A DNA stretch of 64,000 bases from NCBI GenBank assembly GCA_035292085.1, contig DATDQT010000152.1, positions 17,828 through 81,827 on the forward strand. Reading direction: 5' to 3'. Both the position numbers and the translations under genes were made by a program. This document shows positions 17,631 through 26,414 of this stretch, piece after piece; the first letter of the stretch is position 1; each line of letters begins with the position of its first letter. Below the pieces are notes generated by a model that worked only from the letters and a program-made list of their open reading frames with translations, made no database searches and was not told the DNA's origin. The stretch comes from a bacterium. GTDB lineage: Bacteria > Sysuimicrobiota > Sysuimicrobiia > Sysuimicrobiales > Kaftiobacteriaceae.

Positions 17631-18795
17631 GGGTGACCATGTCCCGGATCGTTGTGATCGCCTGGGCAATCCGTTCGGGGGCGACGGCCCCCTGCGCGAA
17701 CTCCACTCTGCCGCCGCCGCGACCTCCCAGCGGCTCGAGAACGGCCCGCAGCGTTGTCCCGCACTCCACGGGCAGCCCACCGGAACGCGCCAGGACGATC
17801 TTTCCCTCCGCTGTCGCCAGCGCGGCGATGGACAGCTCCAGGGTCACCACCTTGCCGGCCAGCAACGCCACCTCGGTGACAGGACGATCCGAATAGATCT
17901 CGGACACGAATTTGGGTGATCCAGGGGCCCCGGCGAGCAGTCTCTTGGCCTCATCCTCAGCCGCGCGTTCCCGCTGTGTCGTGAGTTGCTGGCCGGTCTC
18001 CTTGAGTTGGTCGCGCAGCCGTCGCACCGCGTCCGCCAGTTCGCGGTCCTTCACGGACAGATCGGCCGCCAGTTCGAGAATCACGCTGTTCTTCCACCGT
18101 GCCTCTCGAACGGCCCGCCCGCCGCAGTGGAACTCGATCCGGATCCCTCCCTTGAACCGCTCCCAGCGGCGGATGAGAATGGGCCCGATCTCGCCGGTCC
18201 GGGCCACGTGCGTCCCACCGCACGCGGAGACATCAAAGGCCTGCACTTCGACGACCCGGACCAGCCCGTGCTTCTTGGCCGGTCTCCGCAGGCCCAGCCC
18301 CGGCAACTCCGCCTCGTCCACCTGGCGAACCCCGATGGGCCGGTCCTCAAAGACGATGCTGTTGGCGAAATCCTCCACCCTGGCGGCGTCAGCGGCGCTC
18401 AACTCGGCGATGTCGAGGTCCAGCGTGCAGGTGTCGGCCCCGAAGTGGACCGACGTGGTCCCGGCGCCCGCGGCGCGCAGGAAGGCCTGGGACAAGATGT
18501 GCTGGCCCGTGTGCTGCTGCATGTGGTCGAACCGTCGCGGCCAGTCGATGATGCCGTGGACGCGTCCGGTCAACGCGCGGTCGGCAATATGGAGCACGGT
18601 CCCTCCATCGTCAATGACATCGGTGACCGGGGCCCCGTCCAGGCGGCCGCGGTCGTGGGGCTGACCGCCGGAGGTCGGGTAGAATGCGGTCCGGTCGAGG
18701 ACGATCGCAATCCCGCGAGGGCTCTCACGCGTCTCGAGCACCGTGGCGTCAAACTCTCGCCGGTAGCTGTCCTGGTAGTAGAGGCGTTCCGTCAT
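17623..18795 (-). CDS. Alanyl-tRNA editing protein AlaX-L (AlaRS second-additional-domain family)
   Basis: YYQDSY...TAFYPTSGGQPHD, editing-site HTGQHIL and a CGGTHV motif. Start at ATG 18795. Confidence 0.8.
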   Translation of the reverse strand: MTERLYYQDSYRREFDATVLETRESPRGIAIVLDRTAFYPTSGGQPHDRGRLDGAPVTDVIDDGGTVLHIADRALTGRVHGIIDWPRRFDHMQQHTGQHILSQAFLRAAGAGTTSVHFGADTCTLDLDIAELSAADAARVEDFANSIVFEDRPIGVRQVDEAELPGLGLRRPAKKHGLVRVVEVQAFDVSACGGTHVARTGEIGPILIRRWERFKGGIRIEFHCGGRAVREARWKNSVILELAADLSVKDRELADAVRRLRDQLKETGQQLTTQRERAAEDEAKRLLAGAPGSPKFVSEIYSDRPVTEVALLAGKVVTLELSIAALATAEGKIVLARSGGLPVECGTTLRAVLEPLGGRGGGRVEFAQGAVAPERIAQAITTIRDMVTRA

Positions 18796-18912
18796 CGTAC
18801 AGTCGCTCAACCTTTCTCTTAATGATCGCGCAGAGGACCAAATCGCTCAAGGGCATGTGTGAAACCTCCCGCGCGGAGGAAACGTAGTAAGAGAGTGAGG
18901 AGGTGGAACAGC

Positions 18913-18981
18913 ATGGAATGGCTGTGGATCATCCTCGGAATTGCGCTGGTGATCTGGCTACTCAGCCGCGCGGGCGGTTAG
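18913..18981 (+). CDS. Candidate 22-aa single-TM small protein (MEWLWIILGIALVIWLLSRAGG)
   Basis: ATG preceded by GAGGAGGTGG at about 7 nt. Entirely hydrophobic core. Below the ORF-track size cutoff. Confidence 0.35.
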   Translation: MEWLWIILGIALVIWLLSRAGG

Positions 18982-19036
18982 CCGCGCAGCGAGGTGGGAA
19001 TAACCGAAAGTGAAAGCATCCAATGGAGGTGACCGG

Positions 19037-19096
19037 ATGTTGCTTGCCACACTGGTATTGCTGGCGGTCGTCTTGTGGATGGCCACCCAGTCATAA
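19037..19096 (+). CDS. Candidate 19-aa single-TM small protein (MLLATLVLLAVVLWMATQS)
   Basis: ATG preceded by GGAGGTG at 5 nt. Followed 22 nt later by an intrinsic terminator. Confidence 0.35.
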   Translation: MLLATLVLLAVVLWMATQS

Positions 19097-19118
19097 GTAT
19101 CCTGACAATTGAATAGTC

Positions 19119-19158
19119 CGCCCCCGGGCCGCATCAGCGGGCCGGGGGCGTTCGTTTT
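19119..19158 (+). terminator. Rho-independent terminator after the two small ORFs
   Basis: CGCCCCCGGGCC-GCATCAGC-GGGCCGGGGGCG followed by TTCGTTTT. Confidence 0.6.
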
Positions 19159-19694
19159 CACCGCTCCGCGTCGGGCCCGTAGTGGCCGGGACTCAGAAAG
19201 GGCGCCAGCGCGGCAATCAGTGCCTGCTCGAGGGCGGCCTGGCGATCCACCAGTCCGCGTGTCAACAGGCCGACGGCGCCGAGCACTTCATGGGCCTCGT
19301 CGTGGCCCAGCAGCGCATCGACAATGTCACCGACTTCTTCGCCGGCCAGCGCGCGCGCGGCCATCCACGCCGGGAGCCGGAGGCGCAGTCCGCAGCCGAG
19401 GCCTTCGCGGCCCGCCCGGTCGACGACGGCGACCCAGGCGCAGATCCACACGCCCCACTCGTCCTGGTGCACGCCCCCTTCAATACCGATCCCGTAGTCG
19501 GCATCCTCGCGCGTCCGGCTCTCTCTCGCCCGGTGCAGCGCGCCGCGGATGGTCTCGGTGTCGCTTGTGGGCTGGGCCGCCACCGCCGAATCCACCAGGA
19601 CCGCAACGATCCGTGCGGCCGGATCGATGCGCGCGTAGACGGCGCGCGCCGTCCGCAGTTTCGAATCGCTGGTGGATCCTACGGCGATCAACAT
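19158..19694 (-). CDS. Inosine/xanthosine triphosphatase-like NTPase (YjjX / DUF84 family)
   Basis: C-terminal 178 aa of track ORF 19158..20516: MLIAVGSTSDSKL...GIGIEGGV...W..AWVAVVD. The upstream part of that ORF is antisense to lgt and was discarded. Confidence 0.7.
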   Translation of the reverse strand: MLIAVGSTSDSKLRTARAVYARIDPAARIVAVLVDSAVAAQPTSDTETIRGALHRARESRTREDADYGIGIEGGVHQDEWGVWICAWVAVVDRAGREGLGCGLRLRLPAWMAARALAGEEVGDIVDALLGHDEAHEVLGAVGLLTRGLVDRQAALEQALIAALAPFLSPGHYGPDAER

Positions 19695-19751
19695 GAGATG
19701 TTGGGCTCCCCTATTCCCCTCGTCCCCCCGGTGGTATACTCCCGTCCGCCA

Positions 19752-20483
19752 ATGGATCCCGTCCTCGTTCAGTTCGGCCCGCTGGTCATCCGCTGGTACG
19801 GCGTGATGCTGGCGACGACCATCCTGCTGGGTCTGGTCATGGCCTACCGCTACGGCCCACGGTGTGGGATCATGCGCGAGCAGCTGGACCGGCTGGCCAT
19901 TCCGTTCATCGTGGCCGCGGTCGTGGGAGCCCGTCTCGGGTACGTGCTCTCGCACCCTTCCGAGTTTATCAACCCGGTGGAAATCTTGCGGATCGATCAT
20001 GGCGGGCTGTCCTCCCACGGCGCGATCGCGGCCGGCCTCGTGGTGCTGTGGATCGCCGGGCGGCGTCAGGGGATTTCCTTGTGGACGTTCGCAGACGTCA
20101 TTTCGTTCACCATCCCGCTGGGCAACATCTTCGTCCGCTTCGGGAATTTCATGAACGGGGAGCTGTACGGTGATCCGACGACGCTTCCCTGGGGCGTGCA
20201 GTTTCCCGGCACCACGGAGCTGCGTCACCCGCTGCAGATCTACGAGATGATCTTCGGGGCGATCGTCCTGCTTGCCGGCATCCGAACGGCCCGCCGCCGC
20301 GCGTTCGAAGGCCAGGTCTTCTGGACGATCATGGTCCTCACGTCGATCGGCCGGATCTTCCTCGATGCGCTGCGGAGCGAGGAACGGGTCTGGTGGATTC
20401 TTACACCGGGACAGATTCCGGCGATCTTGCTGGTGATTGTCGGGATTTGGTTCCTGTGGAGGCGTGGTTACCCGTTCCGATAG
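19752..20483 (+). CDS. lgt: Prolipoprotein diacylglyceryl transferase
   Basis: IRWYGVMLA...HGGLSSHGA...GNFMNGELYG...HPLQIYE motifs. Start at ATG 19752 within the over-long track ORF. Confidence 0.85.
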   Translation: MDPVLVQFGPLVIRWYGVMLATTILLGLVMAYRYGPRCGIMREQLDRLAIPFIVAAVVGARLGYVLSHPSEFINPVEILRIDHGGLSSHGAIAAGLVVLWIAGRRQGISLWTFADVISFTIPLGNIFVRFGNFMNGELYGDPTTLPWGVQFPGTTELRHPLQIYEMIFGAIVLLAGIRTARRRAFEGQVFWTIMVLTSIGRIFLDALRSEERVWWILTPGQIPAILLVIVGIWFLWRRGYPFR

Positions 20484-20752
20484 TTGACCCCGTATCCGCC
20501 CCGCGGCAGCCGCCAATCAATGTTGTGGTAGGGGCACCCGGTGAGGCAGGACGTGCACTCCACGCAGTTTTCAAACGACGCGGTGATCTTCTCGCCGTCC
20601 CAGTTGTACACGTTGGCCGGGCAGAACGTCGTGCACGGCCGTCCCCAGGCCGGCCCGCACGTGTCCAGACACGTCTCGTTGCTGCGGATCGAGATGTGAC
20701 TCTGCTTGTCATGCTTATACGTGAGGAGAAAGAGTTTGTCTTCGAGCCTCAT
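20468..20752 (-). CDS. fixX: Ferredoxin-like protein FixX
   Basis: 94 aa; CPANVY...CVECTSC..CP pattern and size typical of FixX, the partner of FixC. Confidence 0.8.
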   Translation of the reverse strand: MRLEDKLFLLTYKHDKQSHISIRSNETCLDTCGPAWGRPCTTFCPANVYNWDGEKITASFENCVECTSCLTGCPYHNIDWRLPRGGYGVNYRNG

Positions 20753-20790
20753 GACGGAGACTTACGACAGATCTTCCTGAACCTCCCGTC

Positions 20791-21855
20791 TCACAAACCC
20801 AAGTTCCAAACTCTCCTGTATTCTGATTCCCTTCCGCCTGAGCCGGAGTACAACTCCGCCTCGTATCCGTTGTGCGCCCGGCATCTAAGCTGGATGTTGT
20901 CGACGGTAGCCTGGCCACCCGCGCCGTACGGGATGACATGATGAAACTCGAGGAAGGCCCGCTCGGTACAACGATGGCCGCTGTGCACCACAAACGCGCA
21001 CCTGCCGCCGTCGCGGGCCCATACGTTTCGCCTGACCTCCGCCGGGATGTGACGCGAGTCAGGCGCCGTGCCTCGACTCCTTCGCGGTCGATTGGCGGCT
21101 CCGAGCTTTTCCCTCTTCAGGTCCTTGACCAGCCTCGCCAGCGCCAGCTCTATGATCTTTCCAGCGTCGCCGTTGGGGATCTGATGGCGCAGCAGGTCCT
21201 GTGCCAGACACAGATTCTCATACCCTCCCATACTGGCTGTGAATTGCACTTTGTAGCGTTCTGGCGCCAGCGGGACGACCACGGGTCGAGCCGAAGGTCG
21301 CACGGGAATTGAAAGCGGCAAAGATAGATCCTGACAGGATTGCGCGGCCACCGGCGCAGCGATTTGGACAGGACTCATGTCTGCAGTAGTGAGCTTCCGA
21401 ACGATTGACGGCACGGGCGACTTAGGTCGCAGACGCGCGATGAGTTCCTGCACCTCCCGCTTGCCCTTGTACCTGGCTGCATCGAGAAGTTTGCGGTGGT
21501 TGGTGGGAGTAAGTTCCGGCACAAGGAGCCCGGCGGTAGTGAGGTTCACGGACCCCTCAGCAAGCCTCTCGAGGATGATCGGGTACTTCCGAGCGGCGCG
21601 TGCGGCTTCAAGGCGGCTGTAGGCAGCGTATTCGGAAAGGTGGAGGATCCGTCTGCAATAGGTGAACATCGACGAGAAGCCCTGGCCCAGGTAAAGGCGT
21701 CGCTCGTCCATTACGGCAAGGTGGGCGATCAGAGCTACGGTTGCTTCCCGCTCTCGCTCGGCCAGAACCTTCACTCGCGCCAAGAGCTCCTGATCGGACA
21801 GTTGTTCCGCAGTCGAGAGGAAGTCTGTGCTCATGGCACATGTATACCACGGCAT
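20791..21855 (-). CDS. HNH endonuclease (DUF222/13E12-like N-terminal region plus C-terminal HNH nuclease)
   Basis: C-terminus VWARDGGRCAF...CTERAFLEFHHVIPYGAGGQATVDNIQLRCRAHN is an HNH motif. The alternative start ATG 21834 (MSTDFL...) is equally plausible. Confidence 0.75.
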   Translation of the reverse strand: MPWYTCAMSTDFLSTAEQLSDQELLARVKVLAEREREATVALIAHLAVMDERRLYLGQGFSSMFTYCRRILHLSEYAAYSRLEAARAARKYPIILERLAEGSVNLTTAGLLVPELTPTNHRKLLDAARYKGKREVQELIARLRPKSPVPSIVRKLTTADMSPVQIAAPVAAQSCQDLSLPLSIPVRPSARPVVVPLAPERYKVQFTASMGGYENLCLAQDLLRHQIPNGDAGKIIELALARLVKDLKREKLGAANRPRRSRGTAPDSRHIPAEVRRNVWARDGGRCAFVVHSGHRCTERAFLEFHHVIPYGAGGQATVDNIQLRCRAHNGYEAELYSGSGGRESEYRRVWNLGL

Positions 21856-22123
21856 TTTCGCAGACTACTGGAGAGCGTTAGACACATTCCAAGACCCAAA
21901 TGCACTCTTCATCGCGCCGACCAGAGCTGGAATCGGTGCTAGGGGCATCCTGCTGCAAAATAGACCCATCAGTGAAGTGTTCGGCCTTGAGCAAATTAGT
22001 GTTCGGGAAAATCTGTCAATGCCTCATCTGGGTCAATCGGCCCAGCTTTTTGCAACTGGGTCCGGACCCAGTTGTGTTCTGTCGCATGAAATAGCGACAG
22101 TGTTCGGCAGGAAATGACGGAGA

Positions 22124-23428
22124 CTACCTGATGACTTTCCAGCCCTGATAGGCATCCTTTAGAAGGTTCCACAGGGACCGCTGTGCGCGGATCTCCCGCC
22201 AGATCAACCGTTGCTTCTCGCGCTTGGACGTGCCATCCACCGTCAGCATCTCGTGCACGGCCCGGTTGACCAGACCCGGGTAGATCTGCAGCAGCTCCGG
22301 ATGGCGGTCGATGAATTCCGGGAGGTGCTGGTACTTCTTGAGGTCTTTGAGCACGAAGCTGTGTTCCAGCCTCGTCTGGTACCCGGCTAGCGTCTGCGCC
22401 GAGAAATCGCCCTTCGCTTTCGCCTCGATGATGGTCTCCCCGGCCAGACGGCCCGCGGTCATCGCCAGGTTGCTCCCCTCGCGGTGCAAGCCGTTGACCA
22501 TCATCGCGGCATCCCCGGCGATGAGCACGCCGTCGCCGTACAGCCGCGGCATCGCCTTATAGCCCCCTTCGGGAATGGCATGCGCCAGGTATTCGACCGT
22601 CTGCCCTCCGGCAATGAGCGGCTGCACGAGCGGGTGGGCCTTCAGCCGCTCCAGCACGTCGTTGGGCGTGATCTTAGTGTGCATGAGGTGGGAGATGAGC
22701 GCGCCGGCGCCGACGGACAGGCTCTCGCGATTGGTATAGATGAACGCGTACCCCCCCATGCCCTGCGTGACCGACCCGTAGATTTCGACGGTCACGCCCT
22801 GCCCCGGACCGACGTTGAACCGCGCGTCGATGGTCTGTGCCGGCAGCGCGATGATCTCTTTGAACGCCAGGGCGACCTCATGCGGTGCGATATCTCGCTG
22901 CTGCAGCCGCGCCCTCTTGGCGAGGAAGGAGTGGACGCCGTCGCAGATCACGACCACGTCCGCGTAGAGATCGCCCTCCTCGCGCCCGGTGCGGACGCCG
23001 ACGATGCGGCTCCCATCGAAGATGACGTCCTCGACGACGGTGGACGGGATGAGGAATGCACCGGCGTCTTCCGCCTTGCCCGCAAACCAGCGGTCGAAAT
23101 GAGCCCGCAGCACGGTGAAGGCGTTCGGCACGTCTGGGGCGGGATGGGCGGTCTTCTGGCCGATGCTGACCGCCGAGTCGTCGGTAGCGATCCACAGCCG
23201 TTCTTCGACAATCACGCGCTCGATCGGCGCATCGCGGATGAAATCGGGGATGAGGTCGGCCAGCATGGCGCCGTACACCACGCCGCCCATGACGTTCTTG
23301 GCCCCCGGATACTCCCCGCGCTCGAGGAGGACGACGGAGAGTCCGGCCTTCGCCATGGTGTACGCGGCCGCGCTGCCGGCCGGCCCGGCCCCCACGACGA
23401 TGGCGTCAAACTTTTCTTGCTCGGCCAC
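22124..23428 (-). CDS. fixC: FAD-dependent electron-transfer-flavoprotein:quinone oxidoreductase FixC
   Basis: FDAIVVGAGPAGSAAA dinucleotide fold and length/pattern of FixC. GTG start preceded by AAGGGGGTG, 11 nt after the nuoN stop. Confidence 0.85.
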   Translation of the reverse strand: MAEQEKFDAIVVGAGPAGSAAAYTMAKAGLSVVLLERGEYPGAKNVMGGVVYGAMLADLIPDFIRDAPIERVIVEERLWIATDDSAVSIGQKTAHPAPDVPNAFTVLRAHFDRWFAGKAEDAGAFLIPSTVVEDVIFDGSRIVGVRTGREEGDLYADVVVICDGVHSFLAKRARLQQRDIAPHEVALAFKEIIALPAQTIDARFNVGPGQGVTVEIYGSVTQGMGGYAFIYTNRESLSVGAGALISHLMHTKITPNDVLERLKAHPLVQPLIAGGQTVEYLAHAIPEGGYKAMPRLYGDGVLIAGDAAMMVNGLHREGSNLAMTAGRLAGETIIEAKAKGDFSAQTLAGYQTRLEHSFVLKDLKKYQHLPEFIDRHPELLQIYPGLVNRAVHEMLTVDGTSKREKQRLIWREIRAQRSLWNLLKDAYQGWKVIR

Positions 23429-23439
23429 CGTTCACCCCC

Positions 23440-24867
23440 TTACTTCACGACCTGCGCGATCTGCTGCACAAACGTCACAAACCCCGCCGGGACAATCCCC
23501 AGGATGAGGACGCCCGCCGCGGCCACGACCAGTGCGGCCCCGGTCCAGCGGCCGCCGGCGATGTGCACATCGGCACGCGGCTCCGCGGCGTACATGATGT
23601 ACGCGACCCGGAAATAGTAGTACGCGGAGACGACGCTGGCCAGCACGCCGATGACCACGAGCCAGACGAATCCGGCCTCGAGGGCGGCCGTGAACACGTA
23701 GAGTTTCGCGAAGAATCCCGCCGTCAGCGGCAGCCCGGCCAGCGAGACCATGAACAAGGTCATGGCCGCCGCCAGCAGCGGCGAGCGGGACGCGAGCCCG
23801 GCCAGGTCGGCGATCTCATCGGCTTCCTGTCCGTTCCGCTGGAGCATCAGCGCAACGCCAAAGGCGCCCAGCGTCATCGCCGCGTACGCCAGCAGATAGA
23901 ACGCCACCGCCGTCGCGCCGACCGCGGTTCCGGCCACGACGCCGATGAGAATGAAGCCGGCGTGGGCGATGCTGGAATACGCGAGCAGCCGCTTCAGGTT
24001 AGTCTGCCGCAGTGCGGCAAGGTTTGCCAGCACGAGCGTCGCGACGCAGATGACCGCCAGGACGGCCGACCACTGCGCGGGCCGGGCCGCCAGTGCCTCG
24101 GTGAAGATGCGCAACAGCGCCGCGAACGCGCCGACCTTGGCGATCACGGCCATGTAGGCGGTCACCGGCATCGGGGCCCCCTCGTAGACGTCGGGCGCCC
24201 AGGCGTGGAACGGGACGACCGCGGCTTTGAACCCCAACCCGATCGTCAGGAGCCCGATCCCGACCGCCAGCAACAGCGACGGGCCCGCGGCCGCCGCCGC
24301 GAGCGCCCCGAGTTGGGTGGACCCCACGGCGCCGTAGACGAGCGCGAGCCCGTAGAGAAAGAACACGGTGCTGAACGCGCCCAGCAGGAAGTACTTCATG
24401 CCGGCTTCCTGCGAGCGCACGTCGCTGCGCGCGAACGCCGCCAGGACGTAGAGCGGGATGGACAGGGTTTCCAATCCCAGGAACACCATGAGCAGATCGC
24501 CGCTGGCCGCCATCAGCATGGCCCCCAGGGCGCTGACGAGCAGGAGCGCATAGTACTCGCCGCTTTCCAGACGCGTCCGCTGCACGTACTCCCCGGACAG
24601 CACGACGGCCAGCAGCGTCGCGGCGAGGGCAATACTCTGCAGCACGAGCGTGAGCGCGTCGCGGACGTACATCCCGGCGAATGACGATCCCGGCGGCACA
24701 CGCAGGACCTGCCACAACGCTCCCGCCAGCCCGACGGCGGCCATCCACCGAAGCACGGGATGGCCCCCCCGTCCGAAGAAGGTGCCGGCGATCAGCACGA
24801 CGATCGCGGCGCCGGTGACGGTCAACTCCGGGGCGATCAGGCGCAGGTCGATGGAGGGGGGAGTCAT
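23440..24867 (-). CDS. nuoN: NADH-quinone oxidoreductase subunit N
   Basis: 475-aa polytopic antiporter-like subunit at the last position of the nuo operon. Confidence 0.85.
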   Translation of the reverse strand: MTPPSIDLRLIAPELTVTGAAIVVLIAGTFFGRGGHPVLRWMAAVGLAGALWQVLRVPPGSSFAGMYVRDALTLVLQSIALAATLLAVVLSGEYVQRTRLESGEYYALLLVSALGAMLMAASGDLLMVFLGLETLSIPLYVLAAFARSDVRSQEAGMKYFLLGAFSTVFFLYGLALVYGAVGSTQLGALAAAAAGPSLLLAVGIGLLTIGLGFKAAVVPFHAWAPDVYEGAPMPVTAYMAVIAKVGAFAALLRIFTEALAARPAQWSAVLAVICVATLVLANLAALRQTNLKRLLAYSSIAHAGFILIGVVAGTAVGATAVAFYLLAYAAMTLGAFGVALMLQRNGQEADEIADLAGLASRSPLLAAAMTLFMVSLAGLPLTAGFFAKLYVFTAALEAGFVWLVVIGVLASVVSAYYYFRVAYIMYAAEPRADVHIAGGRWTGAALVVAAAGVLILGIVPAGFVTFVQQIAQVVK

Positions 24868-26414
24868 CGGCCGCCCTCCGCGCCTCGTGCCCCGTCTCCC
24901 GGGCCGCGGAGTTCACGCATCGCAGAGAGAGACTCGACTCGTTCCCGCGCTTCGGCCACGCGCGCGACCAGCGCCCTGACCGAGGCGTCGCTGCGGCTGA
25001 GCAGGGGCCCGGGGTAGAGTCCGATGACGAAGATCAGGATCACCAGCGGTACGAAGGTCAGGAGTTCCCGCCGCGACATGTCGGGCAGGCGCACCGCCGC
25101 GCGAACAGGCCCGTGCATGACGCGCTGATACATCCACAGCAGGTACACCGCGGACAGGATGACCCCGCTGATGGCGGCCACCGCATACCAGGCGTTGGCG
25201 CGGAACGCCCCGAGGAGCACGAGGAATTCTCCGACAAACCCGTTCGTGGCCGGCAGCGCCATCGACGAGAAGACGACAATGAGGGCGACCGCGGCGAACT
25301 GCGGCATCAGCGCGGCGACCCCGCCGTAGTCGTCCATTTGCCGCGAGTGCGTGCGGTCGTACAGCACGCCGACCAGCAGGAACAGCCCGCCGGTACTGAT
25401 TCCGTGGTTCACCATCTGGACGAGACTGCCTTGCAGCCCCTCGACGGTGAGCGCGAAGGCCCCCAGCGTCACCACCCCCAGGTGGCTGACGCTACTCATC
25501 GCCACGAGGCGCTTCATGTCCGGCTGCGTCCACGCCACGAGGCCCCCGTAGATAATGCCGATGATGGCCAGGACGGCCAATACCGGCGCGAAGGCGACGG
25601 TGGCGTCGGGGAACAGCGGCAGCAGGAAGCGCAGGAACCCGTACGTGCCCATCTTCAGCAGCACGGCGGCGAGGATGACGCTGCCCGCGGTGGGGGCCTC
25701 GACGTGCGCGTCGGGCAGCCAGGTGTGCAAGGGCCAGACCGGGACCTTGATCGCAAACGCCAGCGCGAACGCCGCAAACAGCCACGCCTGCAGCGGCAGG
25801 GCCACGCGGAGGTCCAGCAGTTGCGTCAGATCGAACGTGCGGGCCGGCAGGACCGTCCCGCTCTGCACGTACAAGACGATGATCGCCACCAGCATGAGGG
25901 CGCTGCCGGTCATCGTGAACAACAGGAACTTCAGCGCGGCGTAGGCGCGGCGGGGGCCGCCCCACACCCCGATGATCAGATACATCGGCACCAGCACGGC
26001 TTCCCAAAACACGAAGAACAAGATGAGGTCGAGGCTGAGAAACGTGCCCAGCAGTGCCGTCTGCAGCAGCAGCATGCTGAACGTAAATTCCTTGACGCGC
26101 GCGGTGATCGCCCGCCACGACGACAGCAGGGCGATGGGCATCATCAGCGCCGCGAGCACCATCAGCGGCAGCGAAATGCCATCCACGCCGATGTGATAGC
26201 CGATGCCCAGCGCGCTCACCCACAGGCGCGCTTCCTCAAACTGCATGGCCGCCGTGCCGCTTTCGAACCGGACAAACACGAACAGCGCCAGGACCAGTGA
26301 CAGCGTCGACGCCGCCAGCGCAGTCCAGCGCATCCACGCCTCCCGCCCGCGCGGCAGCAGCAGGACGATCAGTCCGCCGATGATCGGAAGGAAGATGAGC
26401 GCCGTCAGGATCAT
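24864..26414 (-). CDS. nuoM: NADH-quinone oxidoreductase subunit M
   Basis: Start trimmed to MILTALIFLPIIGG (ATG 26414), giving an ATGA overlap with the nuoL stop. The track ORF is over-extended to 26714. Confidence 0.85.
   Translation of the reverse strand: MILTALIFLPIIGGLIVLLLPRGREAWMRWTALAASTLSLVLALFVFVRFESGTAAMQFEEARLWVSALGIGYHIGVDGISLPLMVLAALMMPIALLSSWRAITARVKEFTFSMLLLQTALLGTFLSLDLILFFVFWEAVLVPMYLIIGVWGGPRRAYAALKFLLFTMTGSALMLVAIIVLYVQSGTVLPARTFDLTQLLDLRVALPLQAWLFAAFALAFAIKVPVWPLHTWLPDAHVEAPTAGSVILAAVLLKMGTYGFLRFLLPLFPDATVAFAPVLAVLAIIGIIYGGLVAWTQPDMKRLVAMSSVSHLGVVTLGAFALTVEGLQGSLVQMVNHGISTGGLFLLVGVLYDRTHSRQMDDYGGVAALMPQFAAVALIVVFSSMALPATNGFVGEFLVLLGAFRANAWYAVAAISGVILSAVYLLWMYQRVMHGPVRAAVRLPDMSRRELLTFVPLVILIFVIGLYPGPLLSRSDASVRALVARVAEARERVESLSAMRELRGPGDGARGAEGGR

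Noticed and set aside
19158-20516. Two mutually antisense long ORFs (452 aa on minus, and 433 aa on plus at 19182..20483)
   Set aside because: Only the C-terminal 178 aa of the minus ORF (YjjX-like) and the C-terminal 243 aa of the plus ORF (Lgt) carry family motifs. The remainders overlap the other real gene in antisense and were trimmed.
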